A stretch of DNA of 64,000 nt. Source: an uncultured Clostridia bacterium. Its GTDB lineage: Bacteria; Bacillota; Clostridia; Christensenellales; UBA1242. Shown piece by piece: positions 38,148 to 49,400 of the stretch (positions are counted from its first letter, which is position 1; each line of letters opens with the position of its first letter). The position numbers and the translations under genes were made by a program. The notes below the pieces were generated by a model. It ran no database searches, was not told the origin of the DNA, and saw only the letters and a list, made by a program, of their open reading frames with translations. The stretch is taken from NCBI GenBank assembly GCA_947588355.1, contig CANPYI010000003.1, positions 16,225 to 80,224 of the forward strand. The letters run 5' to 3'.

Positions 38148-38721
38148 TTTTTCCTCCGTGCGAATTGAGTATTCCAAGTGCTTTCAATTTTTTTACCATA
38201 TACCAAAACATAAACAAAATGCCAACGACACATATCACGCCGGAAATGACAAAGCCGCCAATAAGGTCGGTCAAATAATGTTTTCCCAAGTACATTCTTG
38301 AAAGAGCCACAAGACCGACATAAACTGCACAACAAATAACAATAAGAGTTCTTGCACCCTTTCCTTTGAAATAAGTAAAAAGAAAAAGTCCAAAAAATAT
38401 GGCAATAGCGGTTGCACATGCCACATGTCCGCTTGGAAACGAGTAATCTTGCACAACATCTCCAATGCTTACAATTTGGTCAGTAACATTGAAAGGGCGC
38501 ACGCGTGCCACAACATTTTTGAGCAAATTTACAACGCCAAGGACGACTCCATATGTGCCAAGATACCATATAATCAAATGTCGGTTGAAAATAAGCAAGA
38601 CAACACAAAGAAAAACAACGCCAAGCCAACTGCCCATCTGAGAAATCAACTGAAATGAGGTGTCAAAAAACGGCGTTCTTCCACTTTGCAAAAATTCAAT
38701 TATCTTTATTTCAAAACCCAT
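38137..38721 (-). CDS. PAP2-family membrane phosphatase
   Basis: KNVVARVRP, SFPSGH, SRMYLGKHYLTD; start set at the second ATG from promoter geometry. Confidence 0.9.
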   Translation of the reverse strand: MGFEIKIIEFLQSGRTPFFDTSFQLISQMGSWLGVVFLCVVLLIFNRHLIIWYLGTYGVVLGVVNLLKNVVARVRPFNVTDQIVSIGDVVQDYSFPSGHVACATAIAIFFGLFLFTYFKGKGARTLIVICCAVYVGLVALSRMYLGKHYLTDLIGGFVISGVICVVGILFMFWYMVKKLKALGILNSHGGKNEG

Positions 38722-38727
38722 ACGCAT

Positions 38728-38756
38728 ATTTTAACAAAAAAAGACAAAATTACCAA
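38728..38756 (-). promoter_or_regulatory. Sigma-A promoter positioned for a leaderless transcript
   Basis: TTGGTA-17-TAAAAT (extended TG), then 6 nt to ATG 38721. Confidence 0.6.
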
Positions 38757-38766
38757 CAATTTTGTC

Positions 38767-39348
38767 CTATTTTCTTTTAATGCTAACAGAAACTCCATCT
38801 TCAAAGTCAAAAATTTGAGTTTCAAAGTCTTTGTCGTCCTTTAATGCTTGCAAAAACTTTCGCAAATTTTCCACTATCGTGCGATGTTTATGCTTTATAA
38901 ATTCATCGGAACGCACAAGTCCATAAAACAAAACATCATCTGCCATAAGCACCCCACCTTTCGTGAGCATCGCTTTGATGTAAGGAAGATATGCTTTGTA
39001 CTGTGCTTTTGGCCCGTCAAGAAAAACAAAATCATATTTTTCAGTTCCAGCATTTTGTTTTAAGTATTGAAAAGCATCGCAGCACAAAATTTCAACGCGT
39101 GAGCCAAATTTTTGTAAATTTTCTTTGGCACACCGTACACTCTTTTCATCTTTTTCCAAAGTAACGACTTTGACATCTTCAGAAATTTCACACATCACCC
39201 CCGCCGAATATCCCAAAAAAGTGCCTATTTCCAAAATATTCTTTGGCTTGTGTTTCAAAATCAAGGAGCGCAAAAGTTTTTCCGTTTCCGGTCTTATCAT
39301 AGGCAAGTATTCTTTGCCCGAAACACCCATCAAATCTTCTTTTTTCAT
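38767..39348 (-). CDS. Class I O-methyltransferase (TrmR/YrrM-like)
   Basis: ILEIGTFLGYS, YDFVFLDGPKAQY, GGVLMADDV, DGVSVS. Confidence 0.85.
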   Translation of the reverse strand: MKKEDLMGVSGKEYLPMIRPETEKLLRSLILKHKPKNILEIGTFLGYSAGVMCEISEDVKVVTLEKDEKSVRCAKENLQKFGSRVEILCCDAFQYLKQNAGTEKYDFVFLDGPKAQYKAYLPYIKAMLTKGGVLMADDVLFYGLVRSDEFIKHKHRTIVENLRKFLQALKDDKDFETQIFDFEDGVSVSIKRK

Positions 39349-39356
39349 AGCATTTC

Positions 39357-41012
39357 CTAGTCAAGCATAACGATGGTCAAAATCATAGGTCTTCGTTTTG
39401 TACGCTTGAAAATAAAGTTTGAAACATTGCGTTTCACCGTGTTGCGAATAACGGCAGGGTCGCACCCGCGAAGGTCTTGCTCCTTAAGTGAAGCCACAAT
39501 CATGTTGCGAGTGTCTTGCACAAAAGCCTCAGCCTCGTCTTGATACACAACCCCTCTTGTGATAATAAATGGGTCTCCAACGACATCACCAGTAACGTTG
39601 TTTATCGTCATAACAAGCACACAAATGCCGTCTTCCGAAAGTTGTTTTCGTTCACGCAAAACGTTGCTGTCTATGTCACCAATGCCAATGCCATCAATCA
39701 AACGTTGGCCGGCGATGGTGAAGCCAACTTTTTTGATAGAATTTGGCGTCAGTTCAATTTGTGAGCCAATTGTTGGCAAAATAATGTTTCTTTCTTCCAT
39801 TCCAAGTGCCATGGCAAGTTGCTTGTGCATGCGAAGATGTCTGTATTCGCCGTGAATAGGAATGAAAAACTTTGGTTTGACCAACGAATGAATAGTTTTA
39901 ATTTCCTCTTGACAAGCGTGACCAGAGGCATGCACTTCGGAAAGTTCATCGTAAATAACGTCAGCACCTTTTGAGAAAAGTGTGTTAATGACGTTGTAAA
40001 CACTTTTTTCGTTGCCCGGAATTGGAGAAGAAGAAAACACAATCAAGTCATTTGAGCCAATTTTTATCTGTTTAAAATCGCCTGTCGCCATGCGAGTTAA
40101 TGCGGAAAGCGGCTCGCCTTGACTTCCGGTTGTCACAATGACAAGTTCTTTGTCAGCATATTTGTCAATTTTGTCAATGTCGATGATATTGTCGCGATTA
40201 TACTGAATTTCACCTATTTTCATGCCGGTTTCCGCAATGTTTATCATACTCCTTCCCGTAAACGCAACTTTTCTGCCATACTTTTCAGCCAAATTAAGTA
40301 TTTGTTGAAGGCGATGAATATTGGAAGCAAAAGTTGCCACAAAAATACGATTATCCGGGTGAGTTTTGAAAATTTCCTCCAAAGCACGTCCAACTTTTTT
40401 TTCACTCATAGAGTAGCCTTTGCGACAAACGTTGGTACTTTCGCACATCAAAAGGTTGACGCCTTTCTTTCCAAGTTCGCCGAAACGTTGAAGGTCAGTC
40501 ATAACGCCATCAATAGGCTCAAAGTCAATCTTAAAGTCGCCTGTGTGAATGACATTTCCTGCAGGCGTTGAAATACAAAGTGCCAAAGAACCTGCAATTG
40601 AGTGTGAAACTTTGATAAACTCCACTGCGAACTGACCAATTTTCAAAACATTGCGAGGCTTGACAGCCACAGCCTTGTATTTCACTTTTGGATGCTCACG
40701 CATCTTGTTGTCAACAAGCGCCAAAGTGAGTTTTGAGCCATATATCGGTGCATTGATTTGTTCCAACAAAAAAGGAACGGCGCCGATGTGATCCTCATGT
40801 CCGTGTGTCAAAATGATTGCCTTGATTTTGTCTTTGTTGTTTAAAAGATAAGTAAAATCTGGTATAACAACATCAATGCCAGGCAAATCGTCGCCAGGAA
40901 AGGTGAGCCCAGCGTCAACAACAATCATTTCGTCGCCCATTTCAAAGGCGGTCATATTTTTGCCGATTTCGCCCACCCCGCCCAAAAAAGTAATTTTAAG
41001 TTTATTATTCAT
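39357..41012 (-). CDS. rnj: Ribonuclease J
   Basis: GGVGEIGKN, THGHEDHIG, HTGDFK, TFASNIHR, TGSQGEP, HASGH, IHGEYRH. Confidence 0.97.
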   Translation of the reverse strand: MNNKLKITFLGGVGEIGKNMTAFEMGDEMIVVDAGLTFPGDDLPGIDVVIPDFTYLLNNKDKIKAIILTHGHEDHIGAVPFLLEQINAPIYGSKLTLALVDNKMREHPKVKYKAVAVKPRNVLKIGQFAVEFIKVSHSIAGSLALCISTPAGNVIHTGDFKIDFEPIDGVMTDLQRFGELGKKGVNLLMCESTNVCRKGYSMSEKKVGRALEEIFKTHPDNRIFVATFASNIHRLQQILNLAEKYGRKVAFTGRSMINIAETGMKIGEIQYNRDNIIDIDKIDKYADKELVIVTTGSQGEPLSALTRMATGDFKQIKIGSNDLIVFSSSPIPGNEKSVYNVINTLFSKGADVIYDELSEVHASGHACQEEIKTIHSLVKPKFFIPIHGEYRHLRMHKQLAMALGMEERNIILPTIGSQIELTPNSIKKVGFTIAGQRLIDGIGIGDIDSNVLRERKQLSEDGICVLVMTINNVTGDVVGDPFIITRGVVYQDEAEAFVQDTRNMIVASLKEQDLRGCDPAVIRNTVKRNVSNFIFKRTKRRPMILTIVMLD

Positions 41013-41118
41013 TAAATTCTCCTTTATCTCGTAAAAATTTAAAGCAATATAAAATTGCCGCCATACAAAAAACTTGACGCCTCAAACAAAAAGGCAAATC
41101 AAATGTATGTAAAACGCC

Positions 41119-42036
41119 TTACAAAATGTAGGCGGTTTTGTTGAAATTGTCAACCTCCTCCAATTTTTTTGGAGTGAGTATGTTGTTTTCATTGTAATAA
41201 AATCTCATTCCTTGACTTGAGAAAAACATAACCATGTTGTAAACGCACAGAAGGACAGTCACTGCTGGAACAAGAATGATCAAACAATAGAAACCGAAGA
41301 TAAAAGTCAAACCCCAAAACAGCACAAAATACAAAACTGTTGTGCCAAGTGTCGCCCAGAAATGTCTGCAAACAGCTTTAAAGCCCTTTCTCCAAGCCGA
41401 AAAAACATTACAGTCAAAAACAATAGAGGCAGACATCCAACCCAAAATTGTGGTTTCGTGCAATGAAAACAAAAGCACCAAGCAAACGAAAAGCACAATA
41501 GGAAGAAAGTATTCAACAAAAATGCCATTGTCAATCAGTCCAAAGCCATAAACAGTGAAAAATGCCACAGCAAAAAACAAAATGTTATACAAAACTTTCA
41601 GCATGGCAAAGAAAACGGACCTGCGTAATCCACGCACCAAAGCACTGAAAAAGCCGATTTTGTTTTTGCTTGTCATGTATGAGTACAGCATTTCGCAAAA
41701 AGCATATTTGCCGATATTGATCAAATATGGCAGAATGATAAACATCACAACAAGCCCATAAACTGTCATTCCTGCGTTTGCTTGAAAAGCGGCAACCAAA
41801 GTGGAAAAAACCGCCCCGATAAGCATATGCAATCCTTGTCCAATTCCACTGCCAAATACACCTGCAAAAGTTGTGGTCAAGTCCTTAAAATTGGTCACAA
41901 CAAGGTCTTTAAAGCAAAAAAAGCAAGGCAAAAGCAGAGCAAAACAAATCCCCCAAACCACCACATAGAAAAGGAAAAATTTGAGAGCCTTCACCCAATT
42001 TGAACCAAAAAGTTTTAAAGAATACAAAAACATCAT
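41119..42036 (-). CDS. Hypothetical polytopic membrane protein
   Basis: 305 aa with several hydrophobic helices; family not recognised. Confidence 0.75.
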   Translation of the reverse strand: MMFLYSLKLFGSNWVKALKFFLFYVVVWGICFALLLPCFFCFKDLVVTNFKDLTTTFAGVFGSGIGQGLHMLIGAVFSTLVAAFQANAGMTVYGLVVMFIILPYLINIGKYAFCEMLYSYMTSKNKIGFFSALVRGLRRSVFFAMLKVLYNILFFAVAFFTVYGFGLIDNGIFVEYFLPIVLFVCLVLLFSLHETTILGWMSASIVFDCNVFSAWRKGFKAVCRHFWATLGTTVLYFVLFWGLTFIFGFYCLIILVPAVTVLLCVYNMVMFFSSQGMRFYYNENNILTPKKLEEVDNFNKTAYIL

Positions 42037-42105
42037 AATGACCTAATAATAGGATAGCACATGCTACGCACAAAGACCAAACTAATTTGCAAATTTTTCA
42101 AAAAA

Positions 42106-42576
42106 TTAGACAACTATTGAAACAATCTTGTATGAAACTGCGCCGCTTGGTGTTTGGACTGTGATTGTTTCACCTTTTCTGTGGCCAATCAAGGACTTTC
42201 CTACCGGCGAAACGTTGCTTATGACACCATTTCTTGGATCGCTTTCACTTGAACCTGTGATGCGATATTCCACTTCTTCGTCAAATTCCTCGTCATACAG
42301 TTTCACTTTGCAACCTACTGACACAACATCATGGTTAATCTTTTTTGGATCAATAATTTCTGCATTAAGCAATATATCTTCCATTTCAGCGATTTCTGCT
42401 TCAATTTGCGCTTGTTCGTCTTTTGCAGCATCATATTCGCTGTTTTCACTCAAATCGCCAAATTCTCTTGCCACTCCGATACGCTTCACATTTTCAGGAC
42501 GTTTTACAGATTTGAAATATGCAAGTTTTTCCTCAAGTTGTTTTTTGCCCTCAAGTGTAAGATAGTGTTTTTCCAT
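42106..42576 (-). CDS. greA: Transcription elongation factor GreA
   Basis: GDLSENSEYDAAK, ISNVSPVGKSLIG; GGGAG SD before ATG 42576. Confidence 0.97.
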   Translation of the reverse strand: MEKHYLTLEGKKQLEEKLAYFKSVKRPENVKRIGVAREFGDLSENSEYDAAKDEQAQIEAEIAEMEDILLNAEIIDPKKINHDVVSVGCKVKLYDEEFDEEVEYRITGSSESDPRNGVISNVSPVGKSLIGHRKGETITVQTPSGAVSYKIVSIVV

Positions 42577-42739
42577 AAAATCTCTCCCAGAATTTAAAAA
42601 AATACACATTTGAAGAATGGTGAAAGCCACTCAACTTGTGCGTTGACCCTTATATTATATTCAATTTGATAAAAAAAAGTCAACAAAAATGCAAAAAAAA
42701 CAAAAAAATAAAAATAATAAACAAAAAGAAGGAGAAATT

Positions 42740-43210
42740 ATGATAACTTTTATTGCTTTTCTTTTGACAATAGCCGGTTGCGTAAATTGGCTGCTTATCG
42801 GAATTTTGCAGTACGACTATATTGCCGGCTTTTTTGGTTTTCAAGCATCAATTATGTCACGAATTTTTTACATTTTGTTTGGAATTGGAGCGGCATATCT
42901 TGTGCTGAGAGTGATAATAAACAAAGGCACTTTCAAAATCTGGGAACGAAAAAAGAAAAAGCAAAAAGAGGAAAAACATGAAGAAAAAGAAAGCATGCAA
43001 CCAGCCTCTGCCAATGTGGAAGCCTCCAAAGAAAGTGTGCCAAAGCAAAATCAACCTCAAGTCAATTTTGAAAATTTAAAGCAATTTCAAACAGAAAATT
43101 TTTCACAACCTATGCCAAAAACCACAACCGACACCTTTTTTGAAAGTCAAAACGTACAGACAACTTCAGCCGACAGTTTGTTTGACGAGCATATGCAACA
43201 AAAAAGATAA
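42740..43210 (+). CDS. DUF378-like small membrane protein with polar C-terminal extension
   Basis: LTIAGCVNWLLIGI..YDYIA..FG...SRIFYILFGI resembles DUF378; AAGGAG SD. Confidence 0.7.
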   Translation: MITFIAFLLTIAGCVNWLLIGILQYDYIAGFFGFQASIMSRIFYILFGIGAAYLVLRVIINKGTFKIWERKKKKQKEEKHEEKESMQPASANVEASKESVPKQNQPQVNFENLKQFQTENFSQPMPKTTTDTFFESQNVQTTSADSLFDEHMQQKR

Positions 43211-43273
43211 ATATTTTCAAGTTGTTTGCTTTTTGTTGAAAAAAAATGTATCCTATAACATAGGAGAAATAAT

Positions 43274-44776
43274 ATGGTAACATTAGTCATTTTGGACGGA
43301 TTTGGAGAGAAAAAAGAAAAATTTGGAAATGCCATAAAAAGTCAAGGCACACCAAATTTGGATAAATTAAAAAAGATGTATCCTAACACACTTATTGAAG
43401 CGAGTGGCGAGGCGGTTGGTCTTCCAAAAGGCGTTATGGGAAACAGCGAAGTTGGTCATCTTACACTAGGCAGTGGAAGAGTGATTTTGCAAGACCTCAA
43501 ACTTATTGACAGCGAAATAGAAAACGGGAAATTCTTTCAAAATCCTGCACTAATAAAAGCCATGACTCATGCAGAGAAAAACAAATCAAGTTTGCACTTG
43601 ATGGGTCTGCTTTCAAACGGAGGAGTTCACTCGCAACTTTCTCATCTTTTTGCCCTTTTGGATATGGCAAAAAATTTTGATATTCCAAAAATATACATTC
43701 ATGCCATTCTTGACGGTCGTGACACCGGCTTTATGGACGGAATAAAGTTTGTCAAACAAACGCAAGAAAAGATTGCTGGCACAAACGTACACATTGGCAC
43801 AATAAGTGGCAGAGTTTACACCATGGACCGTGAAAAAAGATATGAGCGTGTTGAAAAAGCCTACGACATGCTTGTAAACGGAAAAGCAAAGATGCATTCT
43901 GATGCTGTTGACGCTGTGCTTGAAAGTTATGAAAATGGCGTATATGACGAATATTTTGAACCGACGATTATCGACAAAAACGCTTGCGTAAAGGACAACG
44001 ACAGTTTTATTTTCTTCAACTATCGTTCCGACCGTGCACGAGAAATAACTTTTGCCATGACCGACGAAGATTTTAAAGAATTTGAAACAAAAAAACTGAA
44101 AAACTTTTTGTTTACAGCCATGACTGAATATGCCGATGAACTGAAATCTCTCAACACAGCATATCCTCCAAAAGTTGTCGAGGACAACCTTGCATGTGTG
44201 CTTTCAAACGCAGGAAAAACACAATTTCACACTGCCGAAACCACAAAGTACGCACATGTCACATTTTTCTTTAATGGTGGAATTGAAAAGCCGTACAAAG
44301 GTGAGGACAGAAAACTTGTTGACAGTATAAATGTCAAAGATTTTTCTGACTATCCAAAAATGCGAGCAGTGGAAATCACTCAAGAGGTGCTTGAAGCAAT
44401 TGCCTCGCAAAAGTATGATTTTGTTTTGGTAAACTACTCCAACCCAGACATGCTTGGACACACTGGCAATTTCAACGCCACAAAAGAGGCAATTGAATGC
44501 GTTGAAAAACAAGCATATGCCGTGGCGCTTGCCACTCTTATGGTTGGTGGAGACTGTATAATCACTGCAGATCACGGAAATGCCGAGGAAATGTTTGACC
44601 ACGAGGGGAACAAATTGACAAAGCACACCACAAACCCTGTTCCTGTGATTTTGGTCAGCGAAAGATACAAAAAAGTGAAACTCAAAAAGGGCAAATCTTT
44701 GACAGCAATTGCACCAACTGTGCTCAAACTTTTGGACATACAAAAGCCAAGCACTTTCGACGAACCATTATTTTAA
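43274..44776 (+). CDS. gpmI: 2,3-bisphosphoglycerate-independent phosphoglycerate mutase
   Basis: LVILDGFG, MGNSEVGH, GGVHS, DGRD, AETTKYAHVTFFFNGG, PDMLGH, TADHGNAE. Confidence 0.97.
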   Translation: MVTLVILDGFGEKKEKFGNAIKSQGTPNLDKLKKMYPNTLIEASGEAVGLPKGVMGNSEVGHLTLGSGRVILQDLKLIDSEIENGKFFQNPALIKAMTHAEKNKSSLHLMGLLSNGGVHSQLSHLFALLDMAKNFDIPKIYIHAILDGRDTGFMDGIKFVKQTQEKIAGTNVHIGTISGRVYTMDREKRYERVEKAYDMLVNGKAKMHSDAVDAVLESYENGVYDEYFEPTIIDKNACVKDNDSFIFFNYRSDRAREITFAMTDEDFKEFETKKLKNFLFTAMTEYADELKSLNTAYPPKVVEDNLACVLSNAGKTQFHTAETTKYAHVTFFFNGGIEKPYKGEDRKLVDSINVKDFSDYPKMRAVEITQEVLEAIASQKYDFVLVNYSNPDMLGHTGNFNATKEAIECVEKQAYAVALATLMVGGDCIITADHGNAEEMFDHEGNKLTKHTTNPVPVILVSERYKKVKLKKGKSLTAIAPTVLKLLDIQKPSTFDEPLF

Positions 44777-44799
44777 AAAAACACCATATGGTGTTTTTT
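44776..44799. terminator. Bidirectional terminator (24-bp palindrome)
   Basis: AAAAAACACCATATGGTGTTTTTT between convergent genes. Confidence 0.65.
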
Positions 44800-44805
44800 A
44801 ATATT

Positions 44806-45489
44806 TTAAACATTCATGGCTTCAATATTCGACTCGTCTTTTTCTTTTATTTTTTCTATATTTGAAAGCACTGAAACAGACTGACAAGAAACCTCATAGG
44901 CAGTTTTTACTTCGCACTCACCATTTTCAAACTTTTTGGTGTATTCTCGCGACTGAATACGTCCAACAACCTCAATTTTGCAGCCAACATATTGTTCTGC
45001 CATAAAGCGTGCATTTCTTCCCCACAAAATGCAAGGAATGTAGTCAGATTTACGGTAGTTTGCACGATTTATTGCCAGCAAAACATCACAAATTTCACGT
45101 TCAAAAGGTGTTTTCCTGTAGATAGGTTCTTTACAAACAAATCCGGTAAGTTTAACTTCGTTTTCATTACTCTCGCTTTGCAAGATTTCCAAATCCTTGG
45201 TAAAAAGATGCAAAACAAGTTTACTGTGTTCGCCTTCAAGTTTGTTGTAACTACGATACTCCCCGCTCACTCTTACAAAACTGCCATTTTCGATAGTTTT
45301 GCCCATTAAAATGCGTTCCGAAACAGTCACAGGGATTGTGTCCACTTGTTCGGACAAGCGTTTCACTTTTATGGCAAATTCAAAAAATTTTTCGCCGTCT
45401 ATTTCGTGTGATTTTTCAAGTTCTTTGCATACCACACCTGCCAAAGTTGCAAAATTTGTGTTTTCTTCTTTAATATTTTCGTAATTCAT
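44806..45489 (-). CDS. Single-stranded DNA-binding protein with two tandem OB folds
   Basis: Two SSB-like halves (VSGEYRSY; DYIPCILWGRNA...VVGRIQSREY); GGAGG SD; no acidic DDxPF tail. Confidence 0.85.
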   Translation of the reverse strand: MNYENIKEENTNFATLAGVVCKELEKSHEIDGEKFFEFAIKVKRLSEQVDTIPVTVSERILMGKTIENGSFVRVSGEYRSYNKLEGEHSKLVLHLFTKDLEILQSESNENEVKLTGFVCKEPIYRKTPFEREICDVLLAINRANYRKSDYIPCILWGRNARFMAEQYVGCKIEVVGRIQSREYTKKFENGECEVKTAYEVSCQSVSVLSNIEKIKEKDESNIEAMNV

Positions 45490-45499
45490 AATTTCCCTC

Positions 45500-46264
45500 C
45501 TAATTTTTGTGTTGCACGCCGTTTCTGTCAATTGTAAAGTTGTCATGATAAATCAAATCGCCAACCGCCGTCACTTTGTAGCCCTGCACTTTAAGTCGGT
45601 TTAGGATAAGTCTCAAGCCGTCAAGCACATGATCACTGTTGTTGTGCATCAAAATGATTGAGCCGTTTTTGACGCGTGAAAGTACTCGCTGCGAAATGTC
45701 ATTTGCGGAAAGCCCCTTCCAGTCCAAACTGTCCACATCCCACTGAATTGTTTTCAAGTTCAAACTTTCCGCCACATCCAAAAGGTCATTGTTGTAACTC
45801 CCAAACGGTGCACGGAAAAGTTCGACTTGCTTTCCGGTCACAGCAGTGATTTTTGCGCTTGAAGTTTCCAATTCTTCTTTTATGGTGTTTTTGTCAAGTT
45901 TTGCCATATCGTGATGTGTGTTGGAGTGAGTGCCAATTTCCATTCCGGCCTCGTCTATAGCCTTGACCATTTCGCCGTAGTCGTCCACCCAAAATCCCAC
46001 CAAAAAGAAGGTTGCGCGGCAGTCAAACTCTTTCAAAATGTCCAAGATATCCTTAGTTTTGTCAGCACCCCAAGCGGCATCAAAAGAGATTGCCACTTGT
46101 TTTTCCTCAGTTTCGACATTGTAGATTGGCACTTTGCGCGTGGAGTAGCCAAAATACACCTCCGCTGAGGTTGCCCCATTTATAGAGATTGAAAGCAGAA
46201 TAGCAACCAGCACAAGTACAAGGCAAATTTTGATTGTTTTTGATTTGACAACGCAGAAACGCAT
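45500..46264 (-). CDS. Polysaccharide deacetylase, PdaB-like
   Basis: AISFDAAWG, ATFFLVGFW, EIGTHSNTH, LFRAPFG, QWDVDSLDW, ILMHN. Confidence 0.88.
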   Translation of the reverse strand: MRFCVVKSKTIKICLVLVLVAILLSISINGATSAEVYFGYSTRKVPIYNVETEEKQVAISFDAAWGADKTKDILDILKEFDCRATFFLVGFWVDDYGEMVKAIDEAGMEIGTHSNTHHDMAKLDKNTIKEELETSSAKITAVTGKQVELFRAPFGSYNNDLLDVAESLNLKTIQWDVDSLDWKGLSANDISQRVLSRVKNGSIILMHNNSDHVLDGLRLILNRLKVQGYKVTAVGDLIYHDNFTIDRNGVQHKN

Positions 46265-46410
46265 ACAAACCTCGCTTTTATTTTAAAAAATGTAGTGTTT
46301 TTCCTCAAGGCATAATCTGTCCAAAGTTCATATAATTTGTCCAACCTTGTCGAAAAATTCACTACTATTTTATTTTTACAAAATCAAATATAGAACTTTT
46401 GGCGCAACAA

Positions 46411-46441
46411 AAAAAGAAGTTATGTTTTTATAACCTCTTTT
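46411..46441 (-). terminator. Probable terminator of the large GLUG-type gene
   Basis: AAAAGAAGTTAT...ATAACCTCTTTT imperfect hairpin just after the stop. Confidence 0.5.
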
Positions 46442-46454
46442 CGTTAAGTTTTTT

Positions 46455-49400
46455 TCACCAATAGAATATTTTCAGTGCCAGGTTTCCATTGACTATTGTC
46501 CAAATCTTGCTGTTTTTGATGAGTGTTTCTTCAGTTGCACCAAACACTCCATTTGTTTGCAAACTATCGTTCCACAAAACTGAAATATCTCCAAAAAAGC
46601 AGTCAGAAAGCGTGTTTTCTCCAGCAATTATCTGATTGCTTGTTCCACTTATCACCCTAAGCGTGCCTTTGTTGTAAGATTGGTCAATTTTTGTGCCATT
46701 TCCACTGCCCGCAATACCTCCAACCTTATCAATTCCCGTGACAGTTGCCCGATTGCTGCAGCCAACAAAATTGCAACTTTCTGTGCGACCAACAAGTCCG
46801 CCAAAATTTACTCGTGCCTCAAATTGACTTGGAATGTCAAATTGTGCCACGTGATCAACAACTTCAATCTTGTCTTCTCCATCGACAAAAGCCAATCTAT
46901 CAAAAGTTTCCTCTCTCTCATTTTCATTAACATTGAAATATTGCATTTCTGTTGCGCTTAAATTTGTTGAGTAGTTTTCCACTCTGCTGAAGGTCGTGTT
47001 TTTTGCAAAACCCACAACAACGCCAACATCTGAATATCCTGTCACATTGCCCTCAACAAAAGTGATGTTTTTTATTGTTGCACCGTCAGTGCAGCCAAAC
47101 AATCCGCGGAACGACAACAAATCGTTGCTGATGTCCGCCGAATTTGATATCCTAAGATTGTAAATCTGCTTAAAATTGCCATCAAACACACCCTTAAAAG
47201 GACGCTCCAAAATGCCTATTGGCGTAAAATTTTCGCAATCTTTCATATCAATATCATTCTGCAACTGCAAAATTTTGCCCTCAAAATCTTCGTTTCTGGC
47301 GTTGGCTCTTGCCACCCAAACAAGATTGTCGGCACTTTCAATTTTGTAAACGCCGTCTTGATAAATTGGCTGTGTTCCAACCGCCAAAGCACTATACGCC
47401 ACAAACTTGACAACGATTTGTATTTTTGCATCTTCTTGAAAATCATCTCCACTCAAAACAAAATGATATTCTGGATCTTTGGAAAGCAGTTTTTCGCCAT
47501 CACTCGTGGAAAGAAAGTATCCACCAAATATGTAATTTGTGTTTGGAGCAGACTCCAAAACAATCGGTGTGTTGTAATATATACTTTGCACAAAACCATT
47601 TTCAGAAGCATTCACCCTTGAAGAAGTGTTGTTGACATAGTTTGTGACATACACTGATCCAAGCCCAACTTTTGTACATGAAAGTTGATATTGTTGAAGT
47701 TGATGATCTGTGACAAATTCAATTTTTCGAATGACATCATCAACGGCAAAATACAAACTATTGCCTACTTTTGCTGCATTTACAAGTCGATCATACACCC
47801 AAGACATTTCAAGGACATGTTCCCAAATCCTGTCTATAAAACTTGCTGTATTATCTTCACTTTCATCAAAGGTTTTGGCTTCCGACTCCCAATCCAATTT
47901 GTAAGATAATGTATGTTTGTAGCCTGGTTTATCCGAAATATCGGTGCCAAATTCATCGCTTTCACCATATGTATACAAACCTTTGCTTTCATCAGAGCCA
48001 GAATATCCCACAGGTGTTGTTTCTCCTGCAAAAGTGTCCTCTCTAACTTCCAAATCGTCCCAAGTGAAGCACATGTCTTTCACAGTCATATCAAAACTGC
48101 ATTCAATTTTTTCACTTGTCAGCGTGATTGTAAATTCGTCGACATCTATATTCGTGACAAATTTTCCTATGATGTCAAAATATTTTACGACAGAGTAATC
48201 AGCATTTATTAAACGATCCTCCAGCACGCCAAAAGTATCTCCACTTACGTCAGTGAAATTCAAAAGATCCTTTCCATCATATAGTGGATCAGGTTTAAGA
48301 TTGTTTCCTGAAATTGTCGCTGTGATTTTTGTATGATCTTCATGGGTGATTAGGTAATTACGCAGCACTATATTATCTAAGATACTTTCTGAATCTACAT
48401 TATTGTCAATGCCAATTACTTTATTTTCTGTTACTGTCGGAATAGTCACATTATATATCAGTTTTATGTAAAAAACATAAATGCGTACATTTTGCAAATC
48501 TTTAAGATTGTTTTTGTTGATAGTTAAGTCAAACTTAATTTGTCCAAGATAAACACTATTGTTGTTTGAAGGATTTTTTCCTCGGTTTACATTGCTAAGA
48601 CCCGAAACATTTTCATTATGATTTGAATCTAGTATCGGATACAAATTGTTAAAAATATTGTCGCCAAAATCCCCTATGTTGCCATTCGGCGGATTGTCAT
48701 CATATGTCACTCGCACATATCTGACCGCATAGCCCAGATTCGGAGTAATCACAAACTTCAAAGTCTCCCCGTCCTTAACTTGACATGGAATATTTTCTTC
48801 TCTTGTCTCCTCAGTCACTTTGTCACCTTGATTTTGGATTAAAACTGTGCCCGCACCATCATCTTGCTCATAATAATAGCGATTTGAACCATTATCGAAG
48901 TAATAATATTGTTTGACATTTTGTGTTTCTATCATCGCTTCTCTTGGATTAAAAATTATTTGTCCATCCTCGGTAAAATCCAATGTCAAGGTCATTTCAG
49001 GACACTTTATAGCATTCGATGGTTCATCAAACACATATCTTCCACAGCACATAACTCCTAAAGATAAAGAATAATCAGATTTGTTCGTTTGTAAATTATC
49101 GTCACCAGAAACTTTCATTCTGGAATTATTAAGCATGTAGTTGTAATTAAAACTTGTGTCGCTGACATCAATAGTATTGCCTTCAAGCATAAAAGTTTGC
49201 TGATAACCCCGCAGACAAATCATTTCGTTATAATTATAGTTGTAAAATAAAAACTTTCCGTCAAATATAGTGTTGAGAATATTTTTAAATTGTTCTTTTG
49301 TTAGACCAGATTCATTTGATGCATAATCGTTCCATAAAGATTTTATACAGTCGTCCTCACCACTTACTCCAATTTCATCTTTTCTTAATTTAAGTTTTAT

